A stretch of DNA of 38,217 nt. Origin: an uncultured Deinococcaceae bacterium. Its GTDB lineage: Bacteria; Deinococcota; Deinococci; Deinococcales; Deinococcaceae. The stretch covers positions 164,652-202,868 of the forward strand of contig CAXULY010000005.1 of NCBI GenBank assembly GCA_964252075.1. Reading direction: 5' to 3'. The notes beneath the pieces were generated by a model. That model was not told the DNA's origin, did not search any database, and saw only the letters and a program-made list of their open reading frames with translations. The first letter of the stretch is position 1. The number at the start of each line of letters is the position of its first letter. Below are positions 11,734 through 22,340 of this stretch, piece by piece. Made by a program: the position numbers and the translations under genes.

Positions 11734-13251
11734 TCAGCCCTCCAGCACCAGGGCCTGCGCGCGCCCGCCCACCTCGTCCCACAGGGTGAAGCGCGCCCGC
11801 GCGCCCGTTCGCACGAGGCCCTCGTCCTCCCACCCGACGGCGAGGGCGGGCGCGCGGGTGTACCCGAACAGCACCTCCTCGGCCGTGAGCGCCTCATCCG
11901 GCGCGATGGGGGTGCCCGTCTCGTCCAGGCGCGTGAGGGCCGCGCGGAAGGTCGCGGCAGGGTCCGGCAGCGCGATGGGTGCGTCCGATCCGATCGCCAC
12001 CAGGGCGCCCGCGTCCAGCAGGCGCCGGAAGGCGTAGGTGCCCGCCTCCAGGTGCGGCAGCAGCGCGCGGATGGCGGGGCCGTCCGGCACGAGGTGCAGC
12101 GGCTGCACGGACGCCGTCACGTTCAGCTGCGCGAACCGCGGGATGTCCTCGTCCCGCAGGTGCTGCGCGTGCTCGATGCGCAGCCGCACCCCGCTCGCTC
12201 GCGCGAGCGGCGCGAGCGCCTCGTAGGCGTTCAGCACCTCGTGGTTCGCGCGCTCGCCGATGGCGTGCGTGACCAAGCTGAGGCCCAGCTCCAGGCCCCG
12301 GCGCCCCACCTCGCGAATCATGTCGGGCGTGTGCAGCGGGATGCCCTCGCCGCTGCCGTCCGCGAAGCCCGGCGGGAACACCCACGCGGTGCGGCTGCCC
12401 AGCGCGCCGTCCGCGAAGAACTTCAGGCCGCCCACCACGACGTTCCCGCCCGCCCCGCCCCACAGGCCCGCCGCCTCGAAGGCGTCCAAGTCCCCCGGGT
12501 TGATGCAGCTCCACACGCGCAGCGGCAGCTCGCCGCGCGCGCTCAGGTCCAGCAGCGCCGCGAGCGCGCCGGGGTGCTCGTACCCCATGCTGTGCATGCC
12601 CGTGAAGCCGCGCGACACGAGGTCCTGCGCCGCGCGACGCACGGCGTCCACGTACTGCGCGTGCGTCGGGGCGGGCGCCGCGCCCACGACGGGCTTGATG
12701 GCGTCCTCCAGCAGCGTCCCGAGGGGCCGCACGAAGCGCCCCGTCGCGGGGTCCGGCGTCTGGTCGTGAATGCCCGCGAGGCGCAGGGCGAGGCTGTTCG
12801 CCCACGCCATGTGCTGGTCCATGCTGAGCAGCAGCACCGGGTGGTTCGGGGAGACCGCGTCCAGCTCCTCGGCGGTGGGGTAGCGGTCCAGGCCCAGCGC
12901 GTGCAGCGAGAAGCCGTCCCCCTTGATCCATTCGTTGGCGGGCGTGGCGTCCGCGCGCTCACGCACCCGCGCGAGCGCCTCCGCGAGCGTCACGCCCACG
13001 AGGTTCACGTTCGTGAGCGAGAAGCCGTACATGGCGGGGTGCACGTGCGCGTCCGTGAGGCCCGGCGTGAGGATCAGGTCGCGGTGATCCACGACGTCCG
13101 CGCGCGGCGCGAGCGCCGTGAGGTCCGCGCGCGAACCCACGGCGAGCACCCGCCCGCCGCCCACCAGGGCCGCCTCCGCGGTGGGCTGCTGCGGGTCGAG
13201 GGTGCGGATCTGCGCGAGGATCAGGGTCAGGGGAAAGTGGGGTGTGGTCAT
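11734..13251 (-). CDS. YtcJ-like metal-dependent amidohydrolase (Amidohydro_3)
   Basis: [36 protein letters not shown] and GSDAP. Confidence 0.9.
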   Translation of the reverse strand: MTTPHFPLTLILAQIRTLDPQQPTAEAALVGGGRVLAVGSRADLTALAPRADVVDHRDLILTPGLTDAHVHPAMYGFSLTNVNLVGVTLAEALARVRERADATPANEWIKGDGFSLHALGLDRYPTAEELDAVSPNHPVLLLSMDQHMAWANSLALRLAGIHDQTPDPATGRFVRPLGTLLEDAIKPVVGAAPAPTHAQYVDAVRRAAQDLVSRGFTGMHSMGYEHPGALAALLDLSARGELPLRVWSCINPGDLDAFEAAGLWGGAGGNVVVGGLKFFADGALGSRTAWVFPPGFADGSGEGIPLHTPDMIREVGRRGLELGLSLVTHAIGERANHEVLNAYEALAPLARASGVRLRIEHAQHLRDEDIPRFAQLNVTASVQPLHLVPDGPAIRALLPHLEAGTYAFRRLLDAGALVAIGSDAPIALPDPAATFRAALTRLDETGTPIAPDEALTAEEVLFGYTRAPALAVGWEDEGLVRTGARARFTLWDEVGGRAQALVLEG

Positions 13252-13279
13252 GATGGCCGCTCCATCATAGGAGCGAACG

Positions 13280-13311
13280 GAAGCGGCGGCCCCACGCAGG
13301 GCCGCCGCTTC
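13280..13311 (-). terminator. Hairpin downstream of catalase
   Basis: GAAGCGGCGGCCC-N6-GGGCCGCCGCTTC, a 13-bp stem 14 nt past the catalase stop. Confidence 0.65.
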
Positions 13312-13325
13312 ACGGGGCGAGCGCG

Positions 13326-14900
13326 TTACGCGCGCTGCACTTCACGCACGGACTGGCCGAGGCCCTCCGCCACGCGGCGCCCGTAATCGGCGTCGCACAG
13401 GGTGAACAGCTCGATCATGCGCGCCTGCACGCGCGGGTCCGCGCCCATCAGGTTGCTCACGAGGTTCGCGATCAGGTCGTCGCGCTCCGCGTCCGTGTGC
13501 ATGCGGTAGCGTTCGCCCGCCTGCTGGAAGTCGTTCGTGCGCTCGATCGTCTGCCGCACGAGGTTCCCGGACACGAACGGCGTGTGCTCCTTGCCGCCCG
13601 GCTCCGCCTCGCGCAGGCCCCCCACGGTGCTGGGCTCGTAATTCACGTGCGGGTTGTGGCCGGGCGGGGTGTCCACGCGGTACGCCATCTGCCCGTCGCG
13701 CTGGTTCGTCGCGACGTGCTTCTTCGGGGCGTTGATGGGCAGCTGCAGGTAATTCGCGCCCACCCGGTAGCGCTGCGTGTCGCTGTACGAGAAGGTGCGG
13801 CCCTGCAGCATCTTGTCGTCACTGAAGTCCAGGCCGTCCACCAGCACGCCCGTCCCGAACGCCACCTGCTCCACCTCCGCGAAGTAATTCTCGGGGTTGC
13901 GGTTCAGGGTCATCTTCCCGACGGGCCGCAGCGGGAACTGCTCCTCCGGCCACAGCTTCGTGTCATCGAGCGGATCGAAGTCCAGCTCGGGGTGCTCGCC
14001 GTCCTCCATGATCTGCACGTTCAGCTCCCACTCCGGGAAGTCGCCCGCCTGAATGTGGTCGAAGAGGTCCTGCGTGGCGTGGTTGAAGTTCTTCGCCTGG
14101 ATGGCTTCCGCTTCGGGCTGCGTGAGGTTGCGCACGCCCGCGAGCGGCACCCAGTGGTACTTCACGAGCACGCCCACGCCGTCCTTGTTCACCCACTTGT
14201 AGGTGTTCACGCCGCTGCCCTGCATCTCGCGGTAGTTCGCGGGGATGCCCCACGGCGAGAACAGGAAGGTGATCATGTGCATCGCCTCGGGCGTGTTGCT
14301 GATGAAATCGAAGATGCGCGCGCCGTCCTGGCGGTTCGTGACGGGGTCCGGCTTGAAGGCGTGCACGAGGTCCGGGAACTTCATGGCGTCCCGGATGAAG
14401 AACACCTTGAGGTTGTTCCCCACGAGGTCCCAGTTGCCGTCCTCGGTGTAGAACTTCACCGCGAAGCCGCGCGGGTCGCGCAGCGTCTCCGGCGAGTGCC
14501 CGCCGTGAATCACGCTGGAGAAACGCACGAACACCGGCGTCTGCTTGCCCTTCTCCTGGAAGAGCTTGGCGCGCGTGTACTTGCCCACGGGTTCATCCCC
14601 GACGGTGCCGTAGGCCTCGAACACGCCGTGCGCGCCCGCGCCGCGCGCGTGCACCACGCGCTCCGGGACGCGCTCGCGGTCGAAGTGACTGATCTTCTCC
14701 AGGAAATGGTAGTTCTCCAGCGTGACGGGGCCGCGCGAGCCGACCGTGCGCAGGTGCTGGTTGTCGGGCACGGGGTGCCCCTGGCGGGTGGTGAGGGTGC
14801 GTTCGCCCTCGCCGGGCGCGGTGCGCGGGTCGCTGCTGCTCCCCACGCCCGTGACGGCGGTGCCGTAGGTGTCTTCCGTGCGGGTGGTGTCGTCACTCAT
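13326..14900 (-). CDS. Monofunctional haem catalase, small-subunit type (KatX-like)
   Basis: [15 protein letters not shown] (distal His), [21 protein letters not shown] and [14 protein letters not shown] (proximal Tyr); 524 aa. Confidence 0.97.
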   Translation of the reverse strand: MSDDTTRTEDTYGTAVTGVGSSSDPRTAPGEGERTLTTRQGHPVPDNQHLRTVGSRGPVTLENYHFLEKISHFDRERVPERVVHARGAGAHGVFEAYGTVGDEPVGKYTRAKLFQEKGKQTPVFVRFSSVIHGGHSPETLRDPRGFAVKFYTEDGNWDLVGNNLKVFFIRDAMKFPDLVHAFKPDPVTNRQDGARIFDFISNTPEAMHMITFLFSPWGIPANYREMQGSGVNTYKWVNKDGVGVLVKYHWVPLAGVRNLTQPEAEAIQAKNFNHATQDLFDHIQAGDFPEWELNVQIMEDGEHPELDFDPLDDTKLWPEEQFPLRPVGKMTLNRNPENYFAEVEQVAFGTGVLVDGLDFSDDKMLQGRTFSYSDTQRYRVGANYLQLPINAPKKHVATNQRDGQMAYRVDTPPGHNPHVNYEPSTVGGLREAEPGGKEHTPFVSGNLVRQTIERTNDFQQAGERYRMHTDAERDDLIANLVSNLMGADPRVQARMIELFTLCDADYGRRVAEGLGQSVREVQRA

Positions 14901-14946
14901 GGGTGACGTTATACGACGCGCTCACGTGACCTGAATAGGAGGGCGG

Positions 14947-16203
14947 TTAACGCCCCCGCCCCGGCACCGGAAGCAGCGGCACCCGGCCGGTCTGCACGCA
15001 GTGGTGCGCGAACAGGTACATGCCCGCCGACCACGCCTGCAGCGGGTGCCCCATCGGGCGCCCCGAGCGCCCATGCAGCCACTCGTTGAACTCCCACTCC
15101 TGCGTGCGGCCCCGCCGGTTCGCCGCCGCGAGGTCCTCCAGCGCCTGCGCCGCGCGCGCCTGCTGGCCCGAGTGCACCAGCGCCGCCACGTAGAAGCCCC
15201 CCAGGAACGGCCAGATGCCGCCGTTGTGGTACTGGTCGGGCAGGTTCAGGTTGCGGCTGCGGTAGTACTCCCGCCAGTCCCGGTCCCCCGGGTAGATGGG
15301 CGGGAAGAAGGCCTTCAGCCCGGCGGGCTGATCGGTGCCCGCCGCGTGCGCGTAATCGAGGATGCGCGCGGCCTTCGCCTCGTCCGCGACGCCGAACAGG
15401 ATGGCGAGCATGTTCCCGAAGCCGTCGAACACGTCCCCGAACTCCCGGAAGCCCACCCACGGCAGGTAGTAAGGTTTCTCCGTGAGGGTCGCGGTGTTCT
15501 GGTACAGCAGGAACCACTCCAGCCGCAGGGCCTTCAGCGTCTCCAGCTGCTCCCCGAAGGCGCGCCCGTCCCAGGGGCGGTCCAGCCACATCAGGAGGTT
15601 CATCTTGCGCTGCACGTCGTCCGCCGTGGCGCGCATGGGCGCGCCGCTCAGGCCGCGCGCCTCGGCGAGCCCCGCGGCGGCGCGCAGCGTGCCCACGTAC
15701 AGCGCGTTGGCGTACAGGGTGTTGTAACGCGTCGAGAACAGGTCCGCCCAGTCCGCCGCCTCGGGCGCCTCCAGCAGCCCGCAGCCGTTCATGTCCTGGT
15801 AGCGCAGCCACGTGAGCGCCGCCTCGATGCGCGGCCAGTGTGTCTCCAGGTACGCGGGGTCGGGCGCCGCGGCGTGCAGGGCGGCGTGGCCCAGCACGAA
15901 CCACATGTTCGCGTCGATCGCGCCGGCGTTCTCGGTGGTGACCTGCAGGGTGCGGGTGTCCACGTTGAGGGGCAGCATGCCCAGCTCGCTCTGCTGTTCC
16001 CCCAGCGTGCTGAGGCTGGCGCGCACCGCGTCCAGCAGGTCGGCCTCGCCGGTCAGCAGGGCGCCCAGCGCGGTGATCGCGGCGTCCCGCGCCCACACCT
16101 GCGGGTACCCCTGCGCGAGCGCGGAGGCCTTCAGGCCCTGCGGGGACGCGCAGGCGCGCAGCACGTCCAGCGCGCGCGCGTACGCGGTGTCCGTGAGCGT
16201 CAC
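14947..16203 (-). CDS. (alpha/alpha)6-barrel glycoside hydrolase (GH100 invertase-like or amylo-alpha-1,6-glucosidase-like)
   Basis: YPQVWARD, YHNGGIWP, EFNEW and QAWSAG. No signal peptide. GTGA overlap with the ROK kinase. Confidence 0.75.
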   Translation of the reverse strand: MTLTDTAYARALDVLRACASPQGLKASALAQGYPQVWARDAAITALGALLTGEADLLDAVRASLSTLGEQQSELGMLPLNVDTRTLQVTTENAGAIDANMWFVLGHAALHAAAPDPAYLETHWPRIEAALTWLRYQDMNGCGLLEAPEAADWADLFSTRYNTLYANALYVGTLRAAAGLAEARGLSGAPMRATADDVQRKMNLLMWLDRPWDGRAFGEQLETLKALRLEWFLLYQNTATLTEKPYYLPWVGFREFGDVFDGFGNMLAILFGVADEAKAARILDYAHAAGTDQPAGLKAFFPPIYPGDRDWREYYRSRNLNLPDQYHNGGIWPFLGGFYVAALVHSGQQARAAQALEDLAAANRRGRTQEWEFNEWLHGRSGRPMGHPLQAWSAGMYLFAHHCVQTGRVPLLPVPGRGR

Positions 16204-17075
16204 CGCGCCCCCCGGGGGGCAGCCTGCCCGCTCAGTTCCCGCGCGAGGCGCAGCCCACCGTGCAGCGCGGCGTCGTCCCCGTGGCGGCTCAGGCGCACCC
16301 GCCCCGTCAGGCCCACGCGCGCGGCGGCGTCCTCGATCAGCGCGCCGAGGTGCAGGCCCAGCCCGCCCCCCACCACGACCTCCTCCGGGTCGAAGCCCAC
16401 GGCGATCACGTTCAGCAGGAACTGCAGGGCGTCGGTGAGCGCCGCGCGCGTGCTCTGACCCGCGGGACCAGGGTCACTCAGGGGCGCGGCGTCCGGCGCG
16501 CCCCCCAGCGCCGCATGCAGACGCGCCGCGCCCGGCCCGGACAGCAGGTCCTCCAGCACCGCACCCACCGCCGAGGGGTAGGGGAAGAGCCCCAGCTCGC
16601 CCGCGCGGCCCGCCGCCCCCGCGTACATGCGGCCGTCCAGCAGCACCCCGCAGCCCAGCCCGGTGCCGATCGCCACGAACACCAGGTGGCGCGCGGTCCC
16701 GCCCTCACCGAGCGCGGCGAGGTTCGCGTCGTTCGCGAAGCGCAGCGGCGCGGGCACGCTGGCGTTCAGGGCGCGCATGAAGGCCGCGCCCTCCAGTGCC
16801 GGGACGTTCGGCACCTCGCTGATGCCGTCCGGGCCGACCACGCCCGGCACCCCGATCACCACGGCGGCCACCTCGGCGTGGGAGGTGGCGCGCTGCAGGT
16901 CGCGCAGGGCGGCGCGCACCTGGTCGGCGGTGCGCTCGCGGTCGGTGGGCTGGCGCAGGCGCGCGAGCACCTCGCCACCGGGGCCCGCCAGGGCGGCGCG
17001 CAGGTGCGTGCCGCCGATGTCGAAGGCCGCCACGGGCGCGTGCTCCTCGGGCGGGGCGTGCTGGGTCTGCGGCAT
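16200..17075 (-). CDS. ROK-family sugar kinase
   Basis: DIGGT ATP-binding motif, IGVPG, NDANLAALGE, IGTGLGCG and GELG. No HTH. GGAGG RBS. Confidence 0.88.
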   Translation of the reverse strand: MPQTQHAPPEEHAPVAAFDIGGTHLRAALAGPGGEVLARLRQPTDRERTADQVRAALRDLQRATSHAEVAAVVIGVPGVVGPDGISEVPNVPALEGAAFMRALNASVPAPLRFANDANLAALGEGGTARHLVFVAIGTGLGCGVLLDGRMYAGAAGRAGELGLFPYPSAVGAVLEDLLSGPGAARLHAALGGAPDAAPLSDPGPAGQSTRAALTDALQFLLNVIAVGFDPEEVVVGGGLGLHLGALIEDAAARVGLTGRVRLSRHGDDAALHGGLRLARELSGQAAPRGAR

Positions 17076-17190
17076 GAGAAGGGACCTCCGGTGCGGGTTC
17101 AGAAGGGCGGCCTAACTTAGTGGTGGTCACCAGCGTACATGATGTCAGGCCCGACGGCACGTGAACGCTGCTATGTGACCTGACGGGTGC

Positions 17191-17219
17191 TTGACATTGT
17201 CTGCGGCCGTTCATACGAT
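17191..17219 (+). promoter_or_regulatory. Sigma70-type promoter of the ROK regulator/ABC operon
   Basis: TTGACA (17191-17196), 17 nt, TACGAT (17214-17219). Confidence 0.75.
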
Positions 17220-17222
17220 GGC

Positions 17223-17244
17223 TTTGTTCCACTTTCCGAACTAA
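17223..17244. promoter_or_regulatory. Candidate ROK (XylR-like) operator
   Basis: TTTGTTC-N8-GAACTAA, arms matching at 6 of 7 positions, lying over the expected transcription start. Confidence 0.55.
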
Positions 17245-17277
17245 ATTCCCCTCGTCCGGCCCTGCCCCGGAGGCGCC

Positions 17278-18363
17278 TTGAGCACCCCACGCCAGTTGGT
17301 CAGCCAGTTGCAGCGCTTCGGGCCCGCCTCCCGCGCGGACCTCGCACGCGGCCTGGGGCTCTCCAAACCCTCCACCTCCGTCGCCATTGAGGCGCTGCTG
17401 CAGCGCGGCGTGCTGGAGGAACTCGGTCCGGGGCGCAGCAGCCTGGGCCGCCCCCCCACCCTGCTGCGCCTCAACGCCCGCCACCGCCTCGTGCTCGGCG
17501 TGGAACTCGACGTGGGCAGCTTCCAGATGGCGCTCGGGGACCTGCAGGGCGAGCCGCTCGCCGCTGAGGAGCGCCCCTACGACCCCGCCGCGCCCGAGGA
17601 GGCCCTGCGGGCCTGCGCGCAGGACCTCCTGACCCACCACGCGCCCAGCGGGCAGGTGCAGTGCGTCGCCGTGGGCCTGCCCGGCGTGATTGAGGGGGAC
17701 CAGCTCCGGTACGCGCCGAAACTCCCGCAGCTGGAGCAGCCTGGCGCGCTCGCCCGCCTGCGCGGCGCCTTTGACCGCACCACCCTGCTGTTCAACGACG
17801 TGAACCTCGCGGCGGTCGGGGAGGCGCGCGGCGACGAGGTGCTGGCCTTCCTGTGGATCGGCAGCGGCCTCGGCGTGGGCCTCGCGGAGGGCCGCCGCGT
17901 GCGCGCCGGGCACAAGGGCCGCGCGGGCGAGATCGGGTACCTGCCCCTGCCGGACGGGCAGCCGCTGGAGAAACTGCTGAGCGCCGACGGCCTCGCGCAG
18001 ACCCTCGGCCTCGCGCCCGCGCAACTCCCCGCCGCCCTGCACGGTGAGGACCCCGCCCTGCTGCGCTCGCCGGGCGCCGCGCCCTTCCTGGACGCGCTGC
18101 TGTTCGCGCTGCAGGTGCTGACCGTCACCCTCGACCCGGCGCGCATCGTGGTGGGGGGCCGCGTGGGCGTGAAGCTCGGCGCGCACCTCGCGCCGCTGCG
18201 CGCGCGGCTGCTGGAGCACCTGCCGTTCGCGCCGGAACTGAACCTCTCCGCCCGCCCCCGCCAGCCCGTCACGGTGGGCGCCCTGAAGGTCGCGGCGCAC
18301 TCCGCCTTCCGCGACCTGCTGCGCGAACTCGATCCGAAGGTGGCGCTCAGCGCCGCCCGCTGA
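17278..18363 (+). CDS. ROK-family transcriptional repressor (HTH plus ROK)
   Basis: N-terminal SRADLARGLGLSKPSTS HTH and GRPP linker, then NDVNLAAVGE, IGSGLG and AGEIG. GGAGG before the TTG start. Confidence 0.9.
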   Translation: MSTPRQLVSQLQRFGPASRADLARGLGLSKPSTSVAIEALLQRGVLEELGPGRSSLGRPPTLLRLNARHRLVLGVELDVGSFQMALGDLQGEPLAAEERPYDPAAPEEALRACAQDLLTHHAPSGQVQCVAVGLPGVIEGDQLRYAPKLPQLEQPGALARLRGAFDRTTLLFNDVNLAAVGEARGDEVLAFLWIGSGLGVGLAEGRRVRAGHKGRAGEIGYLPLPDGQPLEKLLSADGLAQTLGLAPAQLPAALHGEDPALLRSPGAAPFLDALLFALQVLTVTLDPARIVVGGRVGVKLGAHLAPLRARLLEHLPFAPELNLSARPRQPVTVGALKVAAHSAFRDLLRELDPKVALSAAR

Positions 18364-18394
18364 CCCCAACCGTTCCGGCCCTGAAGGAGGCACC

Positions 18395-19612
18395 ATGCGA
18401 AAAGTCCTGCTGACCACCCTGGCCCTCACCCTCTCGCCCGCCCTCGCGAAGACCACCCTGGTGTTCTCGTACTGGGGTGACCCCGCCGAGCTGCCGCCCT
18501 TCCAGGAGATCGCGCGCGCCTACCAGGCGAAGCACCCGGACATCACCATCCAGCCGCAGCAGGCGCCGTGGTCCGGGTACTGGACGAAACTCGACGCGCA
18601 GCTCGCCGCGAAGGCCGGGCCGGACGTCATGTTCATCACGAACGTCCCCACCTACGCCGCGCGCGGGCAGCTGGAGCGCCTCGACACGTACATCAAGAAG
18701 GACAGCTTCCCCATCGGTCAGTACAACCCGGAGTTCCTGAAGGTCCACCAGTACCAGGGCGGCCTGTACTCCATCCCGCGCGACAACGACACGGCGGTGC
18801 TGTACTACAACAAGGACGCCTTCGACCAGGCGAAACTCGCGTACCCGACCGGGAACTGGCGCTGGGCGGACTTCCGGAACGCCGCGCTGAAACTCACGCA
18901 GCGCAGCGGGAACCGCGTCACGCGCTACGGCGTGGTGCTGGAGAGCAACAAGTGGCCGACCTTCGTGTACCAGAACGGCGGGAAGGTCTTCGACGACCCC
19001 CTGAACCCCACGAAGTTCCTGCTGGCCGAGCCCAAAGGCGCGCAGGCCATTCAGTTCATCGCGGACCTCATCAACAAGGACAAGGTCGCGCCGAACTTCC
19101 AGGAGATGGCGCAGATCGGGGACAGCACGCAGCTCTTCGCGAGCGGGCAGGCCGCGATGGTCATGACGAACGCCGCGCGCCTCACGAGCTTCAAGGACGC
19201 GCCCTTCAAGTGGGCGGTGGCGCCGCTGCCCGCCGGGCCGACCGGCATTCACGCGGACACCGTGGGCGGCGCGGGTTTCGGCATGAACGCCAACAGCAAA
19301 CACAAGGCGGAAGCCTGGGCGTTCCTGAAGTTCCTCGCGGGGCCCGAGGGGCAGGCGATCTTCGCGAAGGGGGGCGGCGCGGTGCCCGCCATGAACAAGA
19401 ACCCCAGCGTGCGCGCGGCCTTCACCGTGCCCTTCAAGGACGTGTTCCTGCAGGAGAGCGAACTGCCCGGCGTGAACCCCAACTTCCCCGCGTACGTGCA
19501 GATCACGAACACCCTGCTGCAACCCGCCCTCGACACGGTGTTCAGCGGGCAGAAGAGCGCGAAGGACGCGCTGGGCGCCATCGTGGATCAGGTGAACACG
19601 CAGCTCAAGTGA
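18395..19612 (+). CDS. Sugar ABC transporter substrate-binding protein (CUT1)
   Basis: AAGGAGG RBS and a signal peptide. GPDV, LYYNKDAFDQAKL and AWAFLKFL are typical of family 1 binding proteins. Confidence 0.92.
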   Translation: MRKVLLTTLALTLSPALAKTTLVFSYWGDPAELPPFQEIARAYQAKHPDITIQPQQAPWSGYWTKLDAQLAAKAGPDVMFITNVPTYAARGQLERLDTYIKKDSFPIGQYNPEFLKVHQYQGGLYSIPRDNDTAVLYYNKDAFDQAKLAYPTGNWRWADFRNAALKLTQRSGNRVTRYGVVLESNKWPTFVYQNGGKVFDDPLNPTKFLLAEPKGAQAIQFIADLINKDKVAPNFQEMAQIGDSTQLFASGQAAMVMTNAARLTSFKDAPFKWAVAPLPAGPTGIHADTVGGAGFGMNANSKHKAEAWAFLKFLAGPEGQAIFAKGGGAVPAMNKNPSVRAAFTVPFKDVFLQESELPGVNPNFPAYVQITNTLLQPALDTVFSGQKSAKDALGAIVDQVNTQLK

Positions 19613-19658
19613 CGCCCCTCAGCGCGCCCGGCGCGCACGCCTCCCGGAGGTAACGGAC

Positions 19659-20534
19659 TTGAAGATCATTGACGCGCACGTGCATTACGGCCACTGGGAC
19701 CGCCTGACCACGCGGGGCGCCGAGGAGGGCTTCCTCGACGAGATGGCCGAAGTGTGCGCCGAAGTCGGCATCGTGAAGATCGGGCTGCTCGCCAACCCCG
19801 GGCGCGGCAACGACGCCCTCGCTCGCGCGCTGGAGCAGCGCCCCGACCTCGTGATCGCGATGGGCCGCCTGGACCTCGACCGGGACCCCGTGAGCCTCGT
19901 CGAGGACTTCTACCAGCGCGGCTTTCACGGCATCAAGACCATCGGGGTGAGCAGAAACTACGACGACCCCGCGTACTACCCGTACTACGAGCAGGCGCAG
20001 GCGCGCGGCCTGCGCATCCTGTTCCACACCGGCGTGCTGGGCGGCCCCGTGGATTACCTGGTGGGGGACAGCGAGGACGCCTGGAAGGCCCCGCCGGAAG
20101 GCAAGGCGGAGGAGGAACTCGTGACGCGCCTGGGCCGCGAGATCCGCGCGCGGCCCTACGGCTTCTCCAGCGCCCGCATGCAGCCCATCTACCTGGACAC
20201 CATCGCGTTTTACTTCCCGGAGCTCTTCATCATCGGCGCGCACCTCGGCTGGCCGGACTACCGCACGGCGTGCGCCATTGCGCGCTGGCGGCCCCGGCTG
20301 TACTTCGACGTGAGCGGCGGCGACGTGGTGCACCACCACATCGTGGAGGGCGGGTACATCGGGCGGGAGATCAGCCCGCGCAAGCTGGTGTACGGCTCGG
20401 ACGCCGACCTGCGCCGCATCCCCGCGGACGTGGCGCGCTGGCGGCAGGCCTTCACCGACATGGGCCTCAGCGAGGCGGACCAGGAACGCATCTTCTACAA
20501 AAACGCCGCGCACATCTTCGGGATTGAGGACTGA
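19659..20534 (+). CDS. Amidohydrolase_2 family TIM-barrel metallohydrolase
   Basis: IIDAHVH, GIK, LFHTG, GAHLG, YFDVS and YGSD. GGAGG before the TTG start. Confidence 0.85.
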   Translation: MKIIDAHVHYGHWDRLTTRGAEEGFLDEMAEVCAEVGIVKIGLLANPGRGNDALARALEQRPDLVIAMGRLDLDRDPVSLVEDFYQRGFHGIKTIGVSRNYDDPAYYPYYEQAQARGLRILFHTGVLGGPVDYLVGDSEDAWKAPPEGKAEEELVTRLGREIRARPYGFSSARMQPIYLDTIAFYFPELFIIGAHLGWPDYRTACAIARWRPRLYFDVSGGDVVHHHIVEGGYIGREISPRKLVYGSDADLRRIPADVARWRQAFTDMGLSEADQERIFYKNAAHIFGIED

Positions 20535-20536
20535 GC

Positions 20537-21421
20537 ATGAGCCGCATGGCCGCCGCCGAGACGCGCGCCGCGTGGCTGTTCCTGGCGCCGAGCCTGTTGC
20601 TCTTCACGGTCTTCGTGGCGCTGCCGGTGCTGGCGGCGCTCGGCATCTCCTTCACGAACTGGGACCTGTTCACCACCCCGCACTTCGCGGGCGTGCAGAA
20701 CTACCTGAACCTCATCCTGCACGACCCGCTCTTCCACAAGGTGCTGGTGAACACCGTGCTGTACGTGCTGGGCACCGTGCCCCTGCAGATGCTGCTGGCG
20801 CTCGGGGTGGCGCTGCTGCTCAACCGCGGCGTGTGGGGCGAGACGGTGCTGCGCGTCATTTACTTCCTGCCGGTGGTGTCCAGCACGGTCGCGGTGGCGC
20901 TGGTGTGGTCGTGGATCTTCAACAGCAACTTCGGGGTGCTGAACGCGCTCCTCAGCGCCCTCGGCGTCCAGAACCCGCCCGTGTGGCTGGGGAACAGCGG
21001 CACGGCCCTCATCTCGCTGATCATCGTGGCGATCTGGCAGGGCCTCGGGTACTCCATGGTGCTGTTCCTGGCGGGCCTGCAGAACATCCCGCAGGACGTG
21101 TACGAGGCGGGCGCGCTGGACGGCGCGACCGGCTGGCGCCGCACCCTGCACCTCACGCTGCCGCTGCTGTCCCCCACCACCTTCTTCGTGACCATCGTGA
21201 GCCTGATCGGCAGCTTCCAGGTGTTCGACCTGGCCTTCGTGATGACCAAGGGCGGACCCGCGAACGCCACGAACACCATCGTGTACTACGTGTACCAGAA
21301 CGCCTTCGAGTTCTACCGCATGGGGTACGCGAGCGCCGCCGCCATGATCCTGTTCGCCATCATCCTGCTCATCACGCTGGTTCAGTACCGCCTGCAGCAC
21401 CGCTGGGTGCACTATGAGTGA
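20537..21421 (+). CDS. Sugar ABC transporter permease (MalF/UgpA type)
   Basis: About six TM segments; EAA loop LAGLQNIPQDVYEAGALDGA; GYASAAA. Confidence 0.93.
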   Translation: MSRMAAAETRAAWLFLAPSLLLFTVFVALPVLAALGISFTNWDLFTTPHFAGVQNYLNLILHDPLFHKVLVNTVLYVLGTVPLQMLLALGVALLLNRGVWGETVLRVIYFLPVVSSTVAVALVWSWIFNSNFGVLNALLSALGVQNPPVWLGNSGTALISLIIVAIWQGLGYSMVLFLAGLQNIPQDVYEAGALDGATGWRRTLHLTLPLLSPTTFFVTIVSLIGSFQVFDLAFVMTKGGPANATNTIVYYVYQNAFEFYRMGYASAAAMILFAIILLITLVQYRLQHRWVHYE

Positions 21422-22298
21422 CCGACATGCGGACTTCGTGGCTGTGCAGCCCGTCCCGCGCGCCCGGCCGCGGGTGTGGCCGCTGGTGGGCTCCTGGGCG
21501 GCCTTCGCGGCGCTGCTGCTGGGCGCGCTCCTGATGTGCGCGCCCTTCATCTGGATGCTCTCCACCAGCGTGAAGTCCGGCCCGGAGATCTTCGCGTTCC
21601 CGCCGCGCCTGCTGAGCGCGCACCCGCAGGTCGGGAATTACGCGCGCATCTTCGAGGTGATTCCCTTCGCGCGCCTCATGCGGAACAGCCTGTTCGTGTC
21701 GGTGGCCGTCACGGCGCTGCAACTGCTGGTGTGCTCCATGGCGGCGTACGCCTTCGCGCGCCTGCGCTTCCGCGGGCGGGAGTTCGTGTTCCTGCTGTAC
21801 CTGAGCGCCCTGATGGTGCCGTCGCAGGTGACGCTCATCCCGAACTTCGTGCTGGTGCGCTCGCTCGGCTGGATCGACACCTACGCCGCCCTGATCCTGC
21901 CTTTCGCGTTCTCCAGCTTCGGGACCTTCCTGCTGCGGCAGGCCTTCCTCACCATCCCGCGCGAGGTGGAGGAAGCCGCGCGCATGGACGGCGCGAGTTA
22001 CTGGGCGGTGTACTGGCGCATCGCGCTGCCGCTCGCGCTGCCGTCCCTGGGCGCGCTCGGCATCTTCACGTTCGTGGCGCAGTGGAACAACTTCCTGTGG
22101 CCACTCATCACCACCACCAAACCCGAGATGCAGACCCTCACGGTGGGCCTCAGCGGCCTGCGCGGGCAGTACAACACCGACTGGGCGCTCCTGATGTCCG
22201 GCAGCGTGCTCGCCATCATCCCGATCTTCGTGGTGTTCGCGGCGGGCAACAAGGCCTTCATCAAGGGCATCACGTCCGGCGGCTTCGGCGGGCGGTGA
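21414..22298 (+). CDS. Sugar ABC transporter permease (MalG/UgpE type)
   Basis: AAYAFARLRFRGR, IPREVEEAARMDGA and WNNFLWPLI. Confidence 0.93.
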   Translation: MSDRHADFVAVQPVPRARPRVWPLVGSWAAFAALLLGALLMCAPFIWMLSTSVKSGPEIFAFPPRLLSAHPQVGNYARIFEVIPFARLMRNSLFVSVAVTALQLLVCSMAAYAFARLRFRGREFVFLLYLSALMVPSQVTLIPNFVLVRSLGWIDTYAALILPFAFSSFGTFLLRQAFLTIPREVEEAARMDGASYWAVYWRIALPLALPSLGALGIFTFVAQWNNFLWPLITTTKPEMQTLTVGLSGLRGQYNTDWALLMSGSVLAIIPIFVVFAAGNKAFIKGITSGGFGGR

Positions 22299-22333
22299 GG
22301 GCCGGGCCGCGCGAACCGCGCGGCCCGGCCCTC
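22297..22333. terminator. 17-bp-stem hairpin between convergent operons
   Basis: GAGGGCCGGGCCGCGCG-AAC-CGCGCGGCCCGGCCCTC. Confidence 0.7.
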
Positions 22334-22340
22334 CTGGCGT

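Noticed and set aside
18395..22298. Missing ATPase in the sugar ABC operon as a sign of decay
   Set aside because: CUT1 transporters commonly share an MsiK/MsmX-type ATPase encoded elsewhere, and all ORFs here are intact.
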